A stretch of 44,102 bases of DNA from a virus (lineage: Duplodnaviria > Caudoviricetes). Within the stretch, counting starts at the first letter, position 1. Each line of letters starts with the position of its first letter. Positions 24,201-29,700 of this stretch are shown one piece after another. The stretch lies in IMG/VR virus record IMGVR_UViG_3300026511_000009, positions 1-44,102 of that record; one strand, written 5' to 3'. Made by a program: the position numbers and the translations under genes. Below the pieces are notes generated by a model, which saw only the letters and a program-made list of their open reading frames with translations, had not been told where the DNA came from and did no database searches.

Positions 24201-26692
24201 GCTTAGAAACACTTTTATCTCAACGTATAAATTCAACAGCTTCATTAGTTGCTAAAGAAAAAAAGAGCGGTAATAAAATACCATTTGTAAAACTATCAGA
24301 TAAATTTTTAGAGACAGCCGTAGATAGCACACAAGATTTAACAAATAATGAAAAACTTCAAATATTATTTTTATTTAATAGGCTTAATAAGATTAACAAA
24401 TTTACAGTTGAGATAAATAATGTAACAAGTCTTACGCAAGGTCTTCCTCAGTCTATACCTGAGATGAAAAATTCTATTGAAAAGATTACTAGTTTATTTG
24501 ATGAGAGTGCACCTGTAAATGTTAGATCTATCTATGGTAAAAAAAGTAAAACTTGGCAGAGTACTTATCTAAAAATATTTGGTCAAATACATAATGATCT
24601 TTTGCCTAATACTATTTTAACTATGAGTAAAGACTTTAATGATATATTAAAGCCTACTTATAGTCAAATGGACACTAATAAGAAGTCGTTTGATAATGAT
24701 GTAAGAAATGGTATTGAGCAAGATTTATTGTCTTACTTAACAATTAAGTCATATCAACACCTTCTTAATAATAGCTCTGGTAATTCTTCTGTAGAAAATA
24801 CACTGCTTTATCCTGGTGTTGTTGGTGTAACAGACCTGTCTTTAGTTAAAAGGATAGAAGACTTACGTACAGATAGAGCTATTAAAGGTAAAGAGTATAA
24901 CTATTTTTTAGATAGCTTTGTAGGCACACAATATGCAGGTGCTGAGGGTAATAATACAGGAATGAATATAGTAAAAGCAGATACATGGAGAAGATTAAAT
25001 GAGGCTAATAAGCTTGATCTTCAAACATCATTTGCAAAACTATATGGTTCTCTTGAGACAAGAGAAATAGCAGAGGATATTTTGCACTATATGATGATAA
25101 AGGATGGGTTACAACTTAAGTATGGAAGTCTTATGAGTGCAATGAGTCCTTTTATAATGAATAAATATCTTAAGAATGTTGGTTCTGTAGAGGCTGCACT
25201 TAAAGGACAAGTAGAATTTGAAAGTGTCTTTGGTATCTCTAAAGAAGAAGTGATGAAAGATTTTAAATATGGATACTTACAATCTAATATTGTAGGACCA
25301 TTGCTTTTTACTTATGACGCTTCTATTCTTGATGAAGGTTTTACTTTTGACCCGGTTTCTAGACCTAATAAATTTAATATTACTTCTGAAATTTTTGATC
25401 ATGTAAATGCAAAAGAACTTATAAGAGTTAAGGTAGACAAAGGACGAGGAGAAGAATATGTATTATTTAGAATTCTTGCTAAAGAAGATCCTTATTCAGC
25501 TGTAACTGTATACTCTGAAGTTCCATCAATGGGATCTAATCAACAGTTTGGTGGTGGCTTTGTAGGTGGACCTAGACTTACATATAATCAAGTAAGAATG
25601 ATAGGTAAAGGAACTACACAAAATAGTTTACCTAAAGAAAGAACCGCACAAGGAACACAACCAGCATCACAAACTAGTGAGGTTGGGGTAGAAGTTACTA
25701 ATGAAAAGTATTCCAGAAACTCGTTAGATAATGATTCAAGCAGTATGTATTTATTTACAGACAATGCTGAAAGAACGTCAAGACCAACCGCATCTTCTCC
25801 TAATATTACTGAAGGGTGGTATGCAGAAAAATATAAAGATAAAACTAATAAACCTTTACATTATGGTAGTACTAGTAATCCTACCAGTGCTGTTATAAGA
25901 GGTAAAAATAATGCTTACCCTATTTCTACAATGAGTGCTTATGGCACTAACTGGACTAATGAAAATTTTGATTTATTTAAAGATACCATTGATGATGAGA
26001 TAGCTCAAATTAAACAAGATTTATCTAAATTTAAAACTCTTAAATTGGGTGACTTTAGAATAGGTCAAGGAGGCAGATTTGCTAAATTACCTTCTCAGCA
26101 CCAATCTTATTTAGACTTTAAATTACTAGAATTAGGCATTGACAATTCAGGTAACAGTCCTAAAGTAATTAAACCAACACAACAAACTAGTGAGGTTGAG
26201 TATCCTGTTGATACCAACCCTGCAGCTATACAAGATGTAAATGAAGTATTAAATTCTCCATCAGCAATAGTAAATCAAACTACAGACTCTGTAACAGTCA
26301 AAGCGGATGTAGATGCAGCAGAAACAAATATAGCTGACATGGCACAAATAATGGCTGAGTTGTCTAAGAACTCAGATAGTCTTATCTTTGATGAAAGCGG
26401 TAATGCTATCATAGAAGATACAGATATGAGCATACCAGAAGCAACAGAGGCACAACAACAAGAGCGAGAACAACTAGAACTTGATCTTTTTTCTTCAGAG
26501 GAAATTTCAGAAGCTCCAAGTCTATCAGAATGGTGGGATGCAAATGTTGAAGGTAATAGTGCTGCTTTAGAAAAGCTTTCTGGAGAAAATATAAAAACAC
26601 TTGACGATGCAATAGCTTTATATGGTGATTTATTTTCACAAACAGAACAAGGAGAACAAGATATAATTGAAAGACTTAAATGTCTCATATAA
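12296..26692 (+). CDS. Giant virion protein containing a crAss-like virion RNA polymerase (double-psi beta-barrel), a zincin metallopeptidase domain and an N-terminal hydrophobic region
   Basis: 4798 aa. RIPTQ at 23093-23107 followed by the catalytic GADFDIDK (DxDxD) at 23204-23227. HEAFH at 18752-18766 with EEYMADEF at 18941. Gly/Ala-rich hydrophobic stretches at about 12970-13110 and about 13790-14060. Confidence 0.9.
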   Translation: MENGSNKPLAQEIKNQERPAPSIIPEGQFRFEPIAEMFETPDTKFNDYLMSSSLAADDFSGVNQYKTDIDRYGIDAMASLGVAIPSFATDTYNPVSQNVPDRKLNAGSIIDRLSDLESKPFYEKRLSPIFSGMRQNQFLRYYNHPEFDKLGYSPYSNMENYYNANSTIWDDFSRMGGQWMSLAGTGLNSVYGSMFSGGDYFQPDTESATEFEDIMGIGSSTRGGVGGFINNLAANSAYTGGILASIAIEELILAGGAALSGGTLTGAAMAKTAANAARGVKSLFSFTKLFDRTRKILEKAKQIDTARDFYNASVTGGKMVVNTLGKGFTPNTVKAFQNMKTAQNAGQNMSNLAKMGTGFGGFYRDIRAVNLAMAESKLESGMVYNKVMQQGLTDANNFSGGQGITDGRDVANAANQAAFKTMLANAPLIYASNWFVIGNALGGFQRGIQRSLGSTFQSGVNKNIINTAGKKVINGAGEVIKNPFKYIGPGFKSTVAKVKAGGVAGLAGSGGMAMLNYFAANVAEGIQEIGQEAISAATTGYYTEILNNPAQGGEALKNQMILSAMGDQFSSQGAGTFLSGFLMGGLVSGPQKLFFQGVPSIYKFGLQEAGIGLASKSQKEAYSEYKTNRETMINKVVDSYNKSWNSQAVDPSSLFDLNRLNFMVQKELAENIKSGLEIFGHVDNADRAKFQQYYTMFAGNGSYHFKNQLRGFLELSDAELSQAFPGVSNKDKKDGKLRGRINDMLVGIDKMEESYNKNKDKYKNPFDRSKFNPKTQQRQYVDEMLNEEAYEHVRYLYMFTNDGFTRALERADGIYSKLQSDPLFDKMSANDITSLLDEKSIQNEIDMLNLEVIATKGATQGIGESNKTKREKIKRLQAIQKIISDPQNRFKNGTFKRNKLLKGKLRNEFRNYVRFMASTEGTFADESKIDAALEQIVDYGALKGRARVYDKAIQYMQNPEKFSEIQQRAYEVNKEIYNQRSKITESMVKQYVDIVEANELINQLGKIGVYAATGETQMFLQTGNAAFLQTFYDDNGRVQPEVHTILYKQIQDYLTDYKETRAEQDKKDNPQTEEEIAIEESEETRSSLDLLLEKSGIDIKINASTNSPLLVKALERSYKSYRAKQARLGLPILDSTNWMSSAEAINIRNVINAIKKVWASGQSEIGVEGILEFNNPLESDVIKGDIGFEEFLLDSEVLINNPIITSILNQSGVDMADIVESPDVKLEEGQALENTPQIKFYKAGVIADVYKISVVEKDTEEIVENYKFLDKKGNELSKDIIEFLDTNFGSILASFNANEVKKVTNALDALNKNLVDSSTSFDFDGVSGLTYGQVIYKDGIKYIIVQDPLSSKKYGENQKLKIIKESDNIGPIAERKVLFISQGEFKDKFTLEETTFNLIPDSVTKIQIQDLTTLYPHVNYTEGSTESDNVNAKERYNAILSMLTAKEIEGLQLVVTLDSQGGTNTGSYAVKNRAGKVYKEGNPLIDRLRSKYIVGIRIQSPELAASINERLEEMGIEPSNSPEGVFAYLNNESFLIRDQRTGNPIDPRSMTREQASNVILAQKNLNAEQKQQALERVHNAFALNALVVQTFDNLNIDEDVTYIMANSKDLPFGLNLTPGGGQVAYAKSRERVYPLSMDELQYSTADQEGNLFVFDLKYDRKTGRRIYDFSTNLKGEERNSLENAIEAQLKKQDQWDNLLKAGKGTDRYLAMVRLPNGTYVKVNLTPRKLTKEDLEGEVVKNKKTGEAELVTTGIYRDIVEAARRIGNIKDQEKGIEEADKFNKELSEKLFLSSFPGNLIEINVSPSGTIYISFDNKDANISLDIGLTTEEVNVTDKSAKDLIDDLVAKFNLNADVEKYNATLEVKNFRASFAKNVSPQEIYDNTTTEVLKQVVRKQTVEISASSDALQLSRDIAFIPNTDKSNELEIESALGRDKPTAAEAEYSVSDMEESEFEEMIDENNFGDYKENIEHVVNAILRGIELSSREKQLMKNDVFSQSVILQVTKQGGPGSLAIEKNKKTTKLDAVKAELESLRVKLEEGLTNKRDKALAIMNSKEYQDLLAKRKKIERGANKLVQASSEAERIDDYNEFLDWASDNLPDIIGIEDLITLADNGISKGYERVGSFVLNLDRIANGVDVNGTIYTSPLSPYKYHEAFHSIFRTVLTQEQIDRYRRIAKPEVKAKYGSKYKTELEKFRNSAQQYQDMSDIELENEFIEEYMADEFEAFKKNPRSSKTNTEIKSFFTKLIEWIKGVLSKYSSMELLTLYENIDAGKFKNAPIQLNEFTQLENSLGGSISVANALVRYDTASKVVEKGEPVGQLYVDSDVIDPLIRSMAGMFINRVKELSLTGDDYSSSDIYDDLSLDFIVMLDPDGEANKGFSGVKKEYLKQLNDAFTNYPEDIKKEVFNLINIISGMDQANQLKIENIEDASGIRTTSDFNKAVSEIGGFNSLSYKVRSYIATTTMVGTDFFGKTELTEGEPLIVPVKFNEAYTALLKSVSNESNAAIMLKRMYSYSRLNPQGKAVVDKLFNDTGLTIEALTSSEPFKDVTDGSLLISILKGFENYKVDYLFNERDSDGNLLVYTASERDDINAQLDEWSQAYITKRKLAVANPEKVKNFLRLTKDMKEVMTSYPEDTSMVYQKSREFSERMFDLIGIRLSPNYIAYSIAKVKTEEDLADSPELKALKDGYTDESITDELLDQLYEGLSTNSDIFSTKEDGMASRLTKLSLANAKMDETIGASTFVNPNGDIVYGHQLPTFHLKTMAALNNQAKINELLNDEFLSNNYLLKNEAFLNLSRENRLKIIRVAGSKIKEKITAADNDQITEDLLNESISGNKATQSFGEFTAQEFAISLINNYTSNFNRRTGVVETVNGKDEQKVALSPVFLRVMEAANTGDLASLPVIKAVTNKNGNIVLTAEAVNTFVNSIEAEFNRISAELLAFETEPGNIEGFNNEKSNRADKGRAFKFTNNDLLLSETTKKALIEVATEKAKLGETVSLKEAILLATGVTSSSMRAELNDSLENSFKDFMDLLTSLNVKNNLSTQVLKGLDASNSGSKPNVNLSMLKLNLTTDSTYNLKQIFFNNYINSKALNDLFLGDQAISLKSMVDKVKRAKLQNAAYYSAYSEIIDPSKGITHASTNFDLYPFQDPIAKSDFTGNDIELADAQVYITTKGIRYSTFGFGRLSPAMAAMLDTIDKGDTISADRAWGSKEGSINLSKQQDFINSKKFVYMDGKTALKMSVTVLTKEYTSKYNKDTGIWEAKPNMKQLHYLREQMEANEEVNQNFAMAAPTSAMKMLKQGVNSLTSNQFDITDDLNSINLDTSYLGLQVINPSNKTVITDLNQIKELITSEQDDNVKVFIKGSPELDTVGKVKEAYNKAVSERVILKYKNKRNLVFSFDTALDEFELSKEKGSITPNLAAFLLEAQQGLMASGATSNLLEFFAVEDGVQKYNLNSPVTAKKFEQLFLTYFSKGTLREKVPGTSVALLSSFGHKVYRRVYEMENGMPSRSEIVRESAYNGEGLEDINNLIDGKYDGVLVLDVLRTGVMEYKNDDVVNGEPTGIRYSESIMPAMDKNIMELIQENPNASIPPVIAKMFGVRIPTQDKHSAINIRIVDFMPVYYGSTAIFPKELVEISGADFDIDKVYALTKEYYLDGNKNFRTYGNRDGNSYFEYVKYMNLKSSEPNNIFSKASSLYKDKTLAIRRSNALTEEEKNIVTDDKAVNKISEEALRAMLILGLPVTKAQFKSYVEKHGSPNEAVLNNNILDYRYTLAGNTGVTGKTLKSIDQDNGEGKSDLPIAYQAADLKMLEDLFDELSEIEGIELFASRKDSDVDVDTLHGMVRAFEANKGAAIGAIVKPNVALSLLREYKIKLKRPIKFDGNEYDGFTKSKINGERIQDIISTLVTMETDNAKERLIAKFGLNKHAVGLVGNMVSLGIPLRTSILLVNSAEIRELYNLALYKKNKYDASLETLLSQRINSTASLVAKEKKSGNKIPFVKLSDKFLETAVDSTQDLTNNEKLQILFLFNRLNKINKFTVEINNVTSLTQGLPQSIPEMKNSIEKITSLFDESAPVNVRSIYGKKSKTWQSTYLKIFGQIHNDLLPNTILTMSKDFNDILKPTYSQMDTNKKSFDNDVRNGIEQDLLSYLTIKSYQHLLNNSSGNSSVENTLLYPGVVGVTDLSLVKRIEDLRTDRAIKGKEYNYFLDSFVGTQYAGAEGNNTGMNIVKADTWRRLNEANKLDLQTSFAKLYGSLETREIAEDILHYMMIKDGLQLKYGSLMSAMSPFIMNKYLKNVGSVEAALKGQVEFESVFGISKEEVMKDFKYGYLQSNIVGPLLFTYDASILDEGFTFDPVSRPNKFNITSEIFDHVNAKELIRVKVDKGRGEEYVLFRILAKEDPYSAVTVYSEVPSMGSNQQFGGGFVGGPRLTYNQVRMIGKGTTQNSLPKERTAQGTQPASQTSEVGVEVTNEKYSRNSLDNDSSSMYLFTDNAERTSRPTASSPNITEGWYAEKYKDKTNKPLHYGSTSNPTSAVIRGKNNAYPISTMSAYGTNWTNENFDLFKDTIDDEIAQIKQDLSKFKTLKLGDFRIGQGGRFAKLPSQHQSYLDFKLLELGIDNSGNSPKVIKPTQQTSEVEYPVDTNPAAIQDVNEVLNSPSAIVNQTTDSVTVKADVDAAETNIADMAQIMAELSKNSDSLIFDESGNAIIEDTDMSIPEATEAQQQEREQLELDLFSSEEISEAPSLSEWWDANVEGNSAALEKLSGENIKTLDDAIALYGDLFSQTEQGEQDIIERLKCLI
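25669..26198 (+). repeat. Perfect 17-bp direct repeat ACAAACTAGTGAGGTTG (25669-25685 and 26182-26198) flanking an in-frame 171-codon domain
   Basis: Read directly from the sequence. Both copies encode QTSEV; spacing is 513 nt. Confidence 0.9.
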
Positions 26693-26707
26693 TTAAACAA
26701 TAATCAA

Positions 26708-29700
26708 ATGGCTAAATGTTACAATAGAAATGATCCAGGATACCAAGCATTGAAAGATGAGTTTGGAACTAATCTTAGAACATCTAAGATTATCAATGAC
26801 TGGCAACGTGTTAATGATTCTGATGTGTTTCCTAGTGTTGTCCAAGCTCAGACAATGGTTAAGGATCAAAACATTGCATTTTCACTAAAGACTAAAGCTT
26901 TTGGTGAAAGTGTTCTTGACAATTTAAGAAGAGAAAGAATAGGAAGTAATTTAGCTGGTCAGTTTTTAATTAATAATTCTAATCCTAATACTCAATCATA
27001 TGATGAAGCCTTTTTAGAAAGTAATCTAAAAAGATTTTACAGATATTTAGACATTAATAATATACCAAGAGAATCCTTCTCTGTAACAAGAACACCGAAG
27101 AGTTATAGAATAGAAGCTAATAATGATATATTTTCAGCCAGAGATATACTAGAAAAATCAAGGTCTTGGGATACTAACAGATCCAGAGCTGTGGTTATGC
27201 ATCTTAAGAGAATGTTTCCGCAGGTACAAGTTAAAATGCTGTCTGTTGCTCAAGCTAAAGTAATGTATGAATCATTACCAAAAACTAAAACCAACAACGT
27301 TGCTTTCAATGAAGTAAATTCTTTTTATATGGATGGTGTAGCTTATCTAATAAAAGGTAGAGTTACAGATGAAATAGCTATTGAAGAAATGTTGCATCCT
27401 TTTATAGATGCAATAAAGATGGATAATGAGGAATTGTTTAATTCACTGCTTGATGAAGCAGTAAATAACTTTCCTGTACTATCACAGCAAATTGAAGATG
27501 CTTACAATAATAGTACAAGAAACTTCAGCGATACTGAAATAAATATTGAAATTGTAACACAAGCATTGTCAAGACATTTCAAAAAAGAATATGAGACAAC
27601 ACCAACAAAAAACTTTTTAGCAAAAGTTAAAGAGGTTATTGAATGGTTTAAAGGTGTAATAGAAAACTTAAATCAATATATCACTGGAAGAGATCTTCCT
27701 GTATCTGCTATTAAACCAAGTACAACACTTAGTGATGTAGCTAAACTTCTTAATACAGAAGGTATTCAGTTTAAACTAGAAAAAAGAGTGGATGGTAAAC
27801 TTAGATATAGTTTATCTCCAGCTAAATTAATACAAATTAAAGATGCATTAGAAAGAGCTAATGATACACAGAAGCCTATTATAATGCAGTTGTTTAATGT
27901 AGCACTGGCTGAGAACTCAGGTATGATTGACTCTCTCTCAGCATCAGTAAAAAATGCAGCTGCAGGAGATTCTATTGTAACACTTAATAAAGAGGATCAC
28001 ACATACATAAACTCTAATGATTCTGAAAAGGTATATACATCAGTAACTACTGCTATAAAGGGAAAGATGGACCCAAATCAGCAAATTGCACATAAAATTA
28101 ATTTGGATATTGGTAATGAAGTTGATACATTATTAGATGGGGTTATTGCAAATCTTTCTTTTGAAGATTCATATGCTGCATTAGAAACAAGCAATATATC
28201 TAAAGAAGGGGCTAAAAAAGTTTTTGAATCTTTACAGGACGTTCTTGAAAATAAAATACCGGCTGAACTAAAAAATGGTTCAATTATACTATCTCAAGTT
28301 GTTTTATTTGATGAAGCATCTAAGATTGCTGGTACTGCAGACATATTTATTATAGATAAACATGGTAAGATAAGTATCATGGATTTAAAAACTTCAAAAA
28401 ATGAACTTAGCAAACTAAAACCACTTAATGATCTAAAATCAAAACGTATAGGAAATCAATACAGAGAACAAGTTTATTCTTTAGGAAAAGATAGTAAGTT
28501 GGTGGATCAATATGATAAAAAAGGTGTTCTGATAAAAAAAGGATTAATTCAAGAACTCACTACAGAGGTACAACACAACTTACAAGTAAACCTATACAAA
28601 AGGATGGCTGAAAATATGGGGTATGAAGTATCCTATGATGAATGGGCTACATCTACAGTACATTTTAAGGTTGGTATAACAGGTACAGGAACAGAACAAG
28701 TATTTGATGGTTCAGTAGAATTTGATGGTTGGTACCCTCATCCGGTAGGTGAAAACATACCTTATGTAAATGCGATTGTACCAGAAGCAATAAACTCATA
28801 TCAAAAAAGTAAACTTGAACAAGATCAAGAAGGTACATATAATAAAATATGGAATGGTAAGGATCAAAAAGATGAGACAACTGAAGAAGATAAAAAAGCA
28901 GCAGAAAATTATGAGGAATACAGTACTGCAGCAGGTGTATTAAGTAAATATCAGGAAGCATTAATTCAAAAAAGAGATATGATTCCTTTGTTAAAGTCCA
29001 ATATATATATGGAATCAACAAAAGAAAATGAGATTGATCAAATATCTAAGACAATAGCTTATATAAATTTAGCTATGGCTAGTGATGATAAAAGTATATC
29101 AATAGCGTTATCTGAGGTATTACAGGATGCATTAGCACAAGTAAAAGACTTTAGGTCTTATGTTGAAAATCCAAAAAATATTAATTCACCAGAGTATGTT
29201 TCTTATGTTTTAAATTTTGATAAGTACATGAAGACATTTGAGGGTCTGTTTATACTTAAAGATTTAAAAGGATTAAACAAGACTCAAAAGAACTTAATAC
29301 TTTCATTACAACAACAACTTAATTTACTTAGTGGTGCTGGTACTGACACAGGAGGAATAGTAGGTACTGCATTGAAAGACTATGTAAAAGAAATAGTCAG
29401 GTTAAAATCAAGCAATGATTATGGCGGTAAAAATAGTTTATTTACTGAGAAAGACTTAGAACTTTTAATGGAAAAAGCTGCAGATATTAGTGATGCGCAG
29501 TATTTAGTTGATGACATAGCAACATCTGGAGATGTTTTATTATCTGTAATGGATAAAATAAGAAAAGCTCAAAATCAAAAACTATTAGATCTTGTTGGTC
29601 AAAGAGAAACAGTTATTAGAGCTGCAGGTCAAAAGCTTGCAAAATTATCTCCAGAATTAAAGCTTGATGAGCTTTATAAGTTTATGTTAGAATATGATGC

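Noticed and set aside
25669-26198. The 17-bp repeat as a CRISPR array or IS target-site duplication
   Set aside because: Only two copies with a 496-nt interval, no cas or transposase gene and no terminal inverted repeats. Kept as a cassette hypothesis instead.
2754-29021. Many 60-217-aa antisense or out-of-frame ORFs inside the large genes (e.g. 20866..21519, 26275..26700, 4853..5056)
   Set aside because: They lie wholly or almost wholly within long motif-bearing CDSs and have the Ser/Leu/Phe-rich composition typical of shadow frames.
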